Assembly: GCA_963803025.1 (NCBI GenBank)
Contig: CAWDKZ010000011.1
Coordinates: forward strand, 16,225-80,224
Length of the DNA: 64,000 nt
Direction of reading: 5' to 3'
DNA from: an uncultured Acidimicrobiaceae bacterium
Lineage (GTDB): Bacteria > Actinomycetota > Acidimicrobiia > Acidimicrobiales > Bog-793
Of this stretch, positions 1 through 7,961 are shown one piece after another. The position numbers and the translations under genes are program-made. Under the pieces are notes generated by a model that made no database searches, was not told the origin of the DNA, and worked only from the letters and a program-made list of their open reading frames with translations. Position 1 is the first letter of the stretch; every line of letters starts with the position of its first letter.

Positions 1-241
1 GCAGCGCCCCGAATCCCTCGAAGTCGTGGATGGCCCACTCCTCGGCCCCCGGCTCCGGTGACGCTGCCAGCATCTCGCTGATCGCGGCTTGCAGGTCCTC
101 GGCAGATTGGTCGGCGTCGATCCAGGCGCCGTGCAGTCGACCGGCGTTGTAGTCGCTGAGACTGGCGACATAGATCGATGGCTTCGGTCGTTGCTGTTCT
201 TCATGCTCCGGCTCATTTCGTGGTTGTTGTTCATTGCTCAT
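1..241 (-). CDS. ardA: ArdA-like antirestriction protein, 5' part only (gene runs off the window start)
   Basis: My reverse-complement translation from the ATG at 241-239 gives MSNEQQPRNEPEHEEQQRPKPSIYVASLSDYNAGRLHGAWIDADQSAEDLQAAISEMLAASPEPGAEEWAIHDFEGFGAL. This fits the ArdA N-terminal signature as I recall it (IYVA.L..YN.G.LHG.WIDA ... EEWAIHD[FY]EGF). The ATG overlaps the TGA of the upstream methylase (ATGA at 238-241). It is absent from the ORF track because no stop lies inside the window. Confidence 0.7.
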   Translation of the reverse strand, partial: MSNEQQPRNEPEHEEQQRPKPSIYVASLSDYNAGRLHGAWIDADQSAEDLQAAISEMLAASPEPGAEEWAIHDFEGFGAL

Positions 242-1281
242 GCGCACCTCCTTTCGTTGTTGCTCTTCATCACCCCCTCTCGGGCCGCGGTGATTCGCTC
301 TTCCGCCAGGACCACGAAGTCGCGGTTCAGCTCGATGCCGAGCCAGTCCCGTCCGTGCTGCTGGGCCACGAGCGCCACCGTCCCCGCCCCGAAGAACGGA
401 TCGAGCACTAGGCCCGGCTGCCAACCGGCCTGGCAGGTGCAGCTGCATCGCAGCCCGCCGAGCGCGGCCAAGCCACCCTTCACACGTCCCGCCTCGCGTT
501 GCCACGGGGCGCCGCAGTGTCGACAAACCCGTTCGGGACAGGTAGCCAGCAGCGGGCGGGTGACGAACGCTGGCGGGAAGGTGGCGAAGTGCACCCCGCG
601 GAAGTTCGCCGCCGGTAGCGTCCAGACATCGCCGGGGTTCTTGCCCAACGGATGGCCGACTCGCCCCTCGGCTTTCAGGCGAGCAAGGCCGGTGTTGTTC
701 CCGGCCAGCGGACCCGCCCACCTCAGCGGCAGCGAGCTGGCTGGCGGGTACACCTTCCCGGTTCGTCCGGCGTGCCGAGCGGAGCGGTGCGGCACCCGGA
801 TGACATCGAGGTCGAAGTAGTAGCGCTCGCTTCGGGTCAGGAAGTAGACGACCTCCCAGCGGCACGACAAGCGGTCGCGCACGCTGTTGGGCATGGTGTT
901 GCTTTTTGCCCAGATGACCTTGGAGCGGATGGTCCAGCCATCTTCGATGAGCTTGAGCGCCAAGCGCTCCGGTCCGAGCAGCAGGCTTTTACGGTTCGCT
1001 CCGTATTTCGGATGGCGCGAGTAGCTGTCGCCAAGGTTGAGCCAGACTGAGCCGCTGGGCTTGAGCACGCGGGTGATGCCGCGCATCACAAGGCGCAGCT
1101 CGTCCACCCAGTCATCGACACGGTCTTCCAAGCCGATCTGGCCGTGTACTTGGTAGTCCCGCAGTTGGAAGTAGGGCGGTGAGGTGATGACGCAGTCGAC
1201 CGAGCGCGCTGGCAGGGCAGCCAGCTGCTCCCTCGCGTCACCGAGCAGCACGGTCCGGCGCGGCACGGTGCGGCGGTTCAT
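238..1281 (-). CDS. Beta-class N6-adenine/N4-cytosine DNA methyltransferase (N6_N4_Mtase family); no restriction partner visible
   Basis: Motif IV is VITSPPYFQLRDY near the N-terminus and motif I is LDPFFGAGTVALVAQQHG near the C-terminus, which is the beta-class order. There is a Cys-rich insert (CPERVCRHCGAPW...CSCTC). Its start overlaps the stop of the upstream gene (1278-1281). Confidence 0.85.
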   Translation of the reverse strand: MNRRTVPRRTVLLGDAREQLAALPARSVDCVITSPPYFQLRDYQVHGQIGLEDRVDDWVDELRLVMRGITRVLKPSGSVWLNLGDSYSRHPKYGANRKSLLLGPERLALKLIEDGWTIRSKVIWAKSNTMPNSVRDRLSCRWEVVYFLTRSERYYFDLDVIRVPHRSARHAGRTGKVYPPASSLPLRWAGPLAGNNTGLARLKAEGRVGHPLGKNPGDVWTLPAANFRGVHFATFPPAFVTRPLLATCPERVCRHCGAPWQREAGRVKGGLAALGGLRCSCTCQAGWQPGLVLDPFFGAGTVALVAQQHGRDWLGIELNRDFVVLAEERITAAREGVMKSNNERRCA

Positions 1282-2084
1282 CCGCTTCCTCCGGTGAGGG
1301 TCGGCAGGGCTCGATCAACCGTCGTCACGCTGAACAACTCGGAGGTCAAGCGCCGCTCGCAGCGGATTGCCCGCTGCAGCCGCTCGGCCCGCTCAGCGCT
1401 GGGCATCAGCCAGCAGACCCTCGGGAAGACGCCGCTGGCCGATTGCTCTTTGCCCGAACGGAAGTAGGCGTCGTAGACGCGGCACTTACGCAGCAGTGCG
1501 GGCAGGTGCTCGGTACCGCGGTCGATCTCCACGAACCAGCGGTGCTCGTAGTCGCCCACCCCGAGCGCGAGGTAGCCGTCTGGTCGCAGCACGGTCAATC
1601 CACCGGAGCTGGTGAAGCTCCGCCAGGCCCTCGGCTCGGCCTGAGCGGCCAGCACGTCGAAGACCTTGGTCCTCGAGGTCACGGCGACATCCACCATCAG
1701 CTGGCTGACCGCCAAGGTGTGGTCGACGAATGCCGCGCTCGGCTCCCGAAAGTAGCGCCTCGGTCCTTGAAGGTTGAGCAGTCGCTTTCCGACTGCGCCA
1801 AGGGCGTAGACGTGTGATGACGATCCGGCCCGGACGCCGCCGATCCGACGTTCCAGCCGCAGCAGTACTCGCTGCCCGACCAACCGGTCGAGGCAGCGGC
1901 TGCAGGCCCGCGCCGAGGCCGCGGTGGTGGGGTAGCTCTCCGGTGCGAAATGCACGGCAGCGATCTGGCGACCGCTCATCAGTCGGAGCTCGGTCACCTG
2001 TTCAATGACCGCCAAGTCGCGTTCGGACAGCTCGGCCCGTAGTTCCTTGAGCCCCCTTGACCCGAGGTATTCGCGGGCCATCAC
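1278..2084 (-). CDS. Replication-relaxation (Replic_Relax, PF13814-like) family protein
   Basis: The N-terminal winged-helix-like region (LSERDLAVIEQVTELRLMSGRQIAAVHF) and the overall 268-aa pattern resemble actinobacterial Replic_Relax proteins of integrative elements. This call is from memory of the family, not from a search. Confidence 0.55.
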   Translation of the reverse strand: MMAREYLGSRGLKELRAELSERDLAVIEQVTELRLMSGRQIAAVHFAPESYPTTAASARACSRCLDRLVGQRVLLRLERRIGGVRAGSSSHVYALGAVGKRLLNLQGPRRYFREPSAAFVDHTLAVSQLMVDVAVTSRTKVFDVLAAQAEPRAWRSFTSSGGLTVLRPDGYLALGVGDYEHRWFVEIDRGTEHLPALLRKCRVYDAYFRSGKEQSASGVFPRVCWLMPSAERAERLQRAIRCERRLTSELFSVTTVDRALPTLTGGSG

Positions 2085-2155
2085 CTCGGCCCTCCTCTGC
2101 GTTGACTCCGCGCTGATGTAGGTGGAATGACAGGTGAGGCCGGGGTGTCAGAGGG

Positions 2156-2421
2156 CAACGCGACCGGACAGGAGAACCCCCTGGGGCCCTTCTGTGGCCC
2201 TCCGGTTTGAACCGGGCCGTCTCCCTGCATGCCAGGAACGAGCGCCAGGACCGGTCGAACTCGTCGGATGGACAACGCACCGCTGGGGGAGAGGGGCCAG
2301 GGACGAAGGCCTGGAGATAAGGAAGATGAGCAGTGAAGACGCGAGACAGCCCGCGACCATCTCGCCCCAGAGGTGACCCTTAGCCAGGTGGGTTGTCCAG
2401 AAGTGAACAACGCGACCGGAC
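2156..2421. repeat. Pair of perfect 14-bp direct repeats CAACGCGACCGGAC (2156-2169 and 2408-2421), 252 bp apart
   Basis: Read directly from the sequence. Both copies lie in the 352-bp gap between the coupling-protein remnant and the Replic_Relax gene. Confidence 0.9.
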
Positions 2422-2436
2422 GGGCGATCGGACAGA

Positions 2437-3262
2437 TCACGAGCCACCCCCGTTACGACGCCGAGGAGTCAGATCGCCGAGAACATCGCTACCCGAGTGA
2501 CGATCGCCGACGGCCAACGCGTGGATCGCAGCTTCGACCTCGGACCGTGGACGCCCAAAGGTGGCCCGAGAGGCGGCCCGGATGACCGCCGGGTCACTGA
2601 TCGCGTCACCTGGCAAGAGCGAGCGGCCGCTGCACCATGGTTGGACAGTGGCGCTGGCAACTAGTTGGGCGTAGAACTCGTAGGCACCGAGGCTGGCGAA
2701 GTCCTCGCTTTCCAGTCCGCTGCCGGTTGTCGCCAGCAGCCGGGCATCCTCGTCAGCCAGCCGGAAGCAGATGCAGTTCTGTACATTGGCGAGCACGGCC
2801 GAGCGCATGGGAGCGTCGAGTTGGTGCATGAACTGGTGGGCGAGGGTGAACGAGACGCCGAGCCCGCGGGCTTGGGCGAGCGCTTCGGAGAGATCGAGGG
2901 GCAGGCGCAGGTAATCCTGAAACTCGTCGAGGACGACGTTGACAGGATGACGGCGTTCCGGCGCGATGGCGGTGCGACTGAGCATCGCTCGCCACAGCCC
3001 GCCGATGACCAGGCTGCCGAGCAACGCTGCCGCTTCTTCGCCGATGGTGCCCTTGGCGAGATCGACCAACACGATCTTGCGCTCGGTGAAAACCTGGCGG
3101 AGGTCGAAGCGCGGTTCGGCCTGGCCGAGGATGGTGCGTAGCTGCGGACGAAGGAAGGGTCGGACCTTGTTGAGCACCGGGGCGACGGCCTGGGTCCGTT
3201 CGCCGTCGGTCCACTGCTGATCGAAGGTTGCCCAGAACGGCTCTAGGACGGTGTTGATTAAA
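2437..3262 (-). pseudogene. C-terminal half of a TraD/TraG/VirD4-type conjugative coupling protein, truncated by an IS insertion
   Basis: The C-terminal 270 aa or so of the 738-aa track ORF read like the TraD/TraG C-terminal region: INTVLEPFWATF...VNVVLDEFQDYLRLPLDLSEALAQARGLGVSFTLAHQFMHQLD...NCICFRL. Upstream of 3262 the same frame becomes Arg/Gly/Asp-rich antisense of the transposase. No Walker A half could be found beyond the IS. Confidence 0.7.
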
Positions 3263-4861
3263 GCGCCTCTTTGAGGGTGCTCGCGATTTGCCCGCGCACC
3301 CACAAGACTGGGTGCATGCAGGGAAGATCGAATCCAGACCGTCAGATGCTCGACGCGGCGGCGTTCTGCCGTGGCCTCGTCGAAGAGGGCACGATCTATG
3401 CCTTCCTCGCCGATCACCGCGGCGAGCTCTTCCAGGATGGGGACTTCGCCGACCTCTTCCCGTCGGGCCGCGGGCGGCCCTCGATCCCGGTCGACGTCAT
3501 CTGCTCGGTGATGGTGCTCCAGGCCTTGGAGGGACTCTCGGACCGTGACGCGATCCGGGCGCTGAGGACGCGGATCGACTGGAAGGTCGCCTGCGGGCTG
3601 GCCCTCGACGATCCGGGCTTCGACTTCACGAATCTCACCTATTGGCGCGCCCGGCTCCGCAACTCTGGCCGTCCCGAACGGATCCTCGACGCCGTCCGCC
3701 GGGTCGTCGCCGAGACCGGCGTGCTGAGAACGAAGCACCGCCGCGCGCTCGACTCGACGATCCTCGACGACGCGGTCGCCACCCAGGACACCGTCACCCA
3801 GATCATCTCGGCGATCCGCCGGGTGCGGGCTGAGATCCCCCGGCTCGAGGCGCTCGAGCTCGGCCAGGACTACTCGACGGGAAAGAAGCCCGTCATCGAC
3901 TGGTCGGATGCCGAGGTGCGCGACGGGCTCGTCTCGGCGCTCGTTACGGACGCGACGACGCTCCTCGACGCCGTCGATGATGAAGCACTCGACCAGGACC
4001 AGGCCGACGCCCTGGGCCTGCTCGCCCTCGTCTCGGCCCAAGACGTCGAGCCCGGCGAGAAAGATGGGACCTGGCGCATCGCCCGTCGGGTGGCCAAGGA
4101 CCGTCTGATCTCGGTCGTCGACCAAGAGGCCCGTCACGGCCACAAGTCGGTCTCGGTGAGGAAAGACGGGTTCAAGGCGCACCTCTGTGTCGAACCGGAC
4201 ACCGGCCTCGTGACCGGGGCCGCGATCACGCCGGCGAACGCCCCGGACGGGCCGACCGGCGTCGCCCTCCTGGGGGACGAGCCCTCCGGGCTCGAGGTGC
4301 TCGCCGACTCCGCTTATGGATCGGGCCCGACGAGGAGAGAACTGAAGCTCCGCCGCCACCGTCTCGTCATCAAGCCGATGCCCTCCCACCCGGCCGTCAA
4401 AGGCGGGTTGCGGCGAGACGAGTTCAGCGTCGACCACGAGGCGCGCACCGTCACCTGCCCGGCCGGTCAAGTGGCCCGGTTCTCCCCGACCGGGGTGGCG
4501 AAGTTCGCCCCGCACTGTGAGCCCTGCCCGTTGCGTTCCCGCTGCACGACGGCGACGGCGCGCTCGTTCACGATCGGGCCGAACGACGACGAGCTCGTCG
4601 CCGCCCGGGCCGCCTGGCGCGACCCCGAGGTGACGGCGACCTACCGGAGACACCGCCCGATGGCCGAGCGCTCGATCTCCTGGCTCGTCGCGAAGGGAAA
4701 CCGCCGCCTCCGCTATCGGGGGATCGAGCGCAACAACTCCTGGCTCCAGATCCGTGTCGCAGCCCTCAATCTCCGCCGTCTCTTGGCGCTCGGGCTCGCC
4801 TTCGAGGAGGGCTGGGTGCTGAACACCACGTAGTGGGCCCTCGGGAGTGACAAAGAGGGAC
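3263..4861 (+). mobile_element. IS element, IS1182/IS5-like (about 1.6 kb); ends only approximately placed
   Basis: It has a single transposase ORF. Imperfect terminal inverted repeats surround the core CCTCTTTG: GCGCCTCTTTG at 3263-3273 against CAAAGAGGGAC at 4851-4861. The left edge coincides with the point where the coupling-protein reading frame loses sense. Confidence 0.6.
3316..4833 (+). CDS. IS1182-family (DUF772 plus DDE) transposase
   Basis: The N-terminus MQGRSNPDRQMLDAAAFCRGLVEEGTIYAFLADHRGELFQDGDFADLFPSGRGRPSIPVDVICSVMVLQALEGLSDRDA is the typical DUF772 transposase N-terminus. The C-terminal RGIERNNSWLQIRVAALNLRRLLALGL tail also fits. The ATG at 3316 is preferred over the track start at 3271. 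Confidence 0.8.
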   Translation: MQGRSNPDRQMLDAAAFCRGLVEEGTIYAFLADHRGELFQDGDFADLFPSGRGRPSIPVDVICSVMVLQALEGLSDRDAIRALRTRIDWKVACGLALDDPGFDFTNLTYWRARLRNSGRPERILDAVRRVVAETGVLRTKHRRALDSTILDDAVATQDTVTQIISAIRRVRAEIPRLEALELGQDYSTGKKPVIDWSDAEVRDGLVSALVTDATTLLDAVDDEALDQDQADALGLLALVSAQDVEPGEKDGTWRIARRVAKDRLISVVDQEARHGHKSVSVRKDGFKAHLCVEPDTGLVTGAAITPANAPDGPTGVALLGDEPSGLEVLADSAYGSGPTRRELKLRRHRLVIKPMPSHPAVKGGLRRDEFSVDHEARTVTCPAGQVARFSPTGVAKFAPHCEPCPLRSRCTTATARSFTIGPNDDELVAARAAWRDPEVTATYRRHRPMAERSISWLVAKGNRRLRYRGIERNNSWLQIRVAALNLRRLLALGLAFEEGWVLNTT

Positions 4862-5162
4862 GTCTATGAGGCCAAAGGCCAATCTGCGAGGCCGCTTTTC
4901 ACCCTCGACCACGGCTCTTCGATCAGGTCATCGTCCCGAGGACCCGATCGAACGCTACGACCCGTCAGCCCCCGGTGAAAGGCCTTTGTCCAACACCGCC
5001 CTAGCGGGCAAGGCCCCACGCCGATAGGACCGCGCGCGAGATATGGGCATCGTCATCGTCGGACGGATCTGATGTAGGCCACCTCGTATGTCGGGGCTGC
5101 GGTTCGAGCGGGCATGATGATGCCCTCCACCGGGGCGGGCTTCGGCGGCGCGAGACTTAGAC

Positions 5163-5438
5163 ATGGACGACGCGGACGTTCGCGAGGTCATTCGGCTTCT
5201 TCAAGGGCTCCTCAAGGCCGTAGACAACGGCGAGCTGGATGGCTCGACCCCGAACGCGCGTGCTCTACGTCGCAAGTTGGAAGGCGCGCTGATCGCCTTG
5301 GAGCTGATGGTCGCGCCTGGGACCGACACTGAGCTGCTAGTCAACAGCAGTGCGGAGGAGCCTACGCAGCTCGATGAGGCCAACCTGCAAGAAACGCGTT
5401 CCGTACATGAAATGGCTTTACATGATACGGACGTTTAG
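5163..5438 (+). CDS. Hypothetical small helical protein (91 aa)
   Basis: This is an ORF only, with a plausible non-repetitive composition. No recognisable motif was found. Confidence 0.3.
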   Translation: MDDADVREVIRLLQGLLKAVDNGELDGSTPNARALRRKLEGALIALELMVAPGTDTELLVNSSAEEPTQLDEANLQETRSVHEMALHDTDV

Positions 5439-5623
5439 TGTAACGACGGTCTCGTGCTCGCGACGTTTAGCTACGCCCGACGGGCACTTCGAAGCCAGCA
5501 CGCCGAATGTCACCTACCGGCACTGTGATGACGCGTAGTACGTCTTTGTGACTTCAATGTTCGGGGATACTTCTCGGAATACAGGTCGCAGATTCCGGCG
5601 CGGCGCTAGGAGAGGGCGCACGA

Positions 5624-7186
5624 GTGGTCGCAACACCTTCCAGCCCTGTTGCACGAAATCGGGGCGATATGGTGTGCTTTCGTTCGTCTGAGAGGAGCCT
5701 CGATGAGGGGGGTCTCGTCCTTGTCAGCCGTGCCGCCGCGGTTGGTGCGCTGTCCTTGTCAGGAATGACTCTTGCCACTCTGGCAGGGACATCGGCGGTC
5801 GGCCCAGCAGGGAGCAGTGCTCCCCATGTTGCTTTGTCGGCGACGGTTGTGAGGCCACTTTCAGGAGTCAAGTCATTGGGTTGGGAGTTCCGCTACGCCG
5901 TGGCCATAGCTGTGAGCGGCGACCACGTCTGGGTCGCGAACCTGGCTGGCAACTCGGTCACCGAGCTCTCGGCCTCGACCGGTGCCATTGTCAGGGTGAT
6001 CCGCGGCTCGAGCTACGGGTTCAACTGGCCCATCGCCGTTGCCTCGGACGGCACCCACGTCTGGGTGGTGAACCAGGATGGCAACTCGGTCACCGAGCTC
6101 TCGACCTCGACCGGCGCCCTGGTCAGGGTGATCCGCGGCTCGAGCTACGGGTTCGACGTGCCCGCCGCCGTCGCCTCGGACGGCACCCACGTCTGGGTGA
6201 CGAACCAGGATGGCAACGCGGTCACCGAGCTCTCGGCCTCGACCGGCGCCCTGGTCAGGGTGATCCGGGGCTCGAGCTACGGGTTCGACCAACCCGCGGG
6301 CATCGCTTTAGGCGGCACCCACGTCTGGGTGGCAAACTACCTTGGCAACGCGGTCACCGAGCTCTCGGCCTCGACCGGCGCCCTGGTCAACGTGATCCGA
6401 GGCTCGAGCTACGGGTTCGACGAACCCATCGCCGTCGCCTCGAACGGGACCCACGTCTGGGTGGCGAACGGGGGCGGCTCGGTCACCGAGCTCTCGGCCG
6501 CGACCGGCGCCCTGATCAGGTTGATCCGGGGCTCGAGCTACGGGTTCGACCAACCCGCGGGCATCGCTTTAGGCGGCTCCCACGTCTGGGTGACGAACTT
6601 CGCTGGCAACGCGGTCACCGAGCTCTCGGCCTCGACCGGCGCCCTGGTCAGGGTGATCCGCGGCTCGAGCTACGGGTTTGACGGCCCCCTGGGCATAGCC
6701 TCCAGCGGCACCCACGTCTGGGTGGGGAACCAGGAAGGCGAATCGGTCACCGAGCTCTCGGCGTCGACCGGCGCCCTGGTCAGGGTGATCCGCGGCTCGA
6801 GCTAAGGATTCGGCGGCCCCTCCGCCATCGCCTCGGACGGCACCTACGTCTGGGTGGCGAACGGGGGTGGCAACTCGGTCACCGAGCTCTCGGCCGCGAC
6901 CGGCGCCCTGGTCAAGGTGATCAGCGGCCCGAGCTACCGGTTCGCCTTCCTCAACAAGCGCCTCCTGTCGGCCGCCGCCGTCGCCTCGGATGGCTCCCAC
7001 GTCTGGGTGACGAACTTCGCTGGCAACGCGGTCACCGAGCTCTCGGCCTCGACCGGCGCCCTGGTCAGGGTGATCAGCGGCTCGGGCTACGCGTTCGATG
7101 CACCCATGGGCATCATCTCGGACGGCAGCCACGTCTGGGTGGCGAACGAGCGTGCCGACTCGGTCACGGAGTTGCCAGCGTCGTGA
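5624..7186 (+). pseudogene. Secreted beta-propeller-type (NHL/YVTN-like) repeat protein with about 10 x 44-aa units, interrupted by one in-frame TAA at 6803-6805
   Basis: Track ORFs 5624-6805 and 6854-7186 share a frame (both coordinates are 2 mod 3). The repeat consensus is SDGTHVWV.N..GN.VTELSASTGALVRVIRGSSYGFD.P. At 6803 the repeat-conserved TAC (Tyr of SSYGF) reads TAA, and the frame continues as GFGGPSAIASDGTYVWV. The N-terminus is hydrophobic and signal-like; the true start is uncertain. Confidence 0.8.
5900..7180 (+). repeat. Tandem coding repeat array with a 132-bp period (one 129-bp and one 153-bp unit), about 10 units with long near-identical stretches
   Basis: The motif CACGTCTGGGTG recurs at about 5924, 6056, 6188, 6320, 6452, 6581, 6713, 6845, 6998 and 7130. 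The block GTCACCGAGCTCTCGGCCTCGACCGGCGCCCTGGTCAGGGTGATC is repeated almost verbatim. Confidence 0.9.
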
Positions 7187-7289
7187 CCGTAGCCAGGATC
7201 GGGAACGGGGGCTGGGGTCGCCGCTCGTTCAGCGCCCTTACATGAAAGTGAAGTATCTACCGGTAGGTAATTAGTGTAAGCTAGGGTGC

Positions 7290-7961
7290 GTGAGGACGCC
7301 CCGGAGGAATACCGCAAGCCCCGCCGCCGTCGTCGGCTACTGCCGGGTCTCGACCGACGAGCAGGGCGACTCTGGCCTTGGCCTAGCGGCCCAGCGTGCG
7401 GCCATTCAGGCGGAGTGCGACCGGCGGGGCTGGACGCTTGCTGACGTGTACGAGGACGTGCTGAGCGGCAAGACCCTCAATCGCCCAGGCGTCGCCGCTG
7501 CGCTTGCGGTAGTTGAGTCAGGAGCCGCCTCGACGCTCATCGTCGCCAAGCTCGACCGCCTCTCGCGCTCCCTCCTCGACTTCGCGGGGCTGATGAGGCA
7601 GGCCCAGGCGAGCGGCTGGAACCTCGTAGCTCTCGACCTCGGCATCGACCTCTCGACGCCCGCAGGCGAGTTCATGGCGAACGTGATGGCCTCTGCGGCC
7701 CAGTGGGAGCGCCGCATCATCGGGCAGCGCACACGAGACGCCCTGGCGGTCAAGCGGGGCCAGGGGCAGCGTCTCGGGCGACCCTCGACCATCGCACCGA
7801 GTGTCGCCGCCCGTATCCTCGACGCTCATCGCTCAGGAGCTGGCTGGTCTGCCATCGCCAAGGAGCTGAACGAGGACGGTACGCCCACCGCCCGCGGAGG
7901 CGACCGCTGGTACCCCTCGACCGTCCGGGCCATCGTGCTCGCTCAGGAGGTTGCGACATGA
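7290..7961 (+). CDS. Small serine recombinase (resolvase/invertase family)
   Basis: The catalytic N-terminus is VVGYCRVSTDEQ, followed by LIVAKLDRLSRS and a C-terminal HTH region (GAGWSAIAKELNEDG). It has a GTG start, and its stop overlaps the integrase ATG (ATGA at 7958-7961). Confidence 0.85.
   Translation: MRTPRRNTASPAAVVGYCRVSTDEQGDSGLGLAAQRAAIQAECDRRGWTLADVYEDVLSGKTLNRPGVAAALAVVESGAASTLIVAKLDRLSRSLLDFAGLMRQAQASGWNLVALDLGIDLSTPAGEFMANVMASAAQWERRIIGQRTRDALAVKRGQGQRLGRPSTIAPSVAARILDAHRSGAGWSAIAKELNEDGTPTARGGDRWYPSTVRAIVLAQEVAT

Noticed and set aside
89-1050. Plus-strand ORFs 89-820, 178-411 and 652-1050.
   Set aside because: They overlap the ardA and methylase genes on the minus strand, which have clear motifs. 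No motifs or RBS support the plus-strand ORFs.
2148-2447. A 99-aa minus-strand ORF in the gap between the coupling-protein remnant and the Replic_Relax gene.
   Set aside because: It has no recognisable motif, weak third-position G+C bias, and a start overlapping the upstream gene by 11 nt. It cannot be distinguished from chance. The region is treated as non-coding and as a possible oriT.
3263-4653. The N-terminal 470 aa or so of the 738-aa minus-strand ORF 2437-4653.
   Set aside because: This part is antisense to the IS transposase and has a repetitive Arg/Gly/Asp composition. Only the part left of 3262 resembles a coupling protein.
3263-4861. Exact IS boundaries and a target-site duplication.
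   Set aside because: The terminal repeats I could align by eye are short and imperfect (core CCTCTTTG), and no flanking duplication was evident. The boundaries are given as approximate only.
5900-7180. Whether the regular 132-bp repeats could be a CRISPR-like array or a satellite.
   Set aside because: The period is a multiple of 3 and the repeats are contiguous with no unique spacers. They translate into a coherent 44-aa protein repeat in one frame. No cas genes are nearby.
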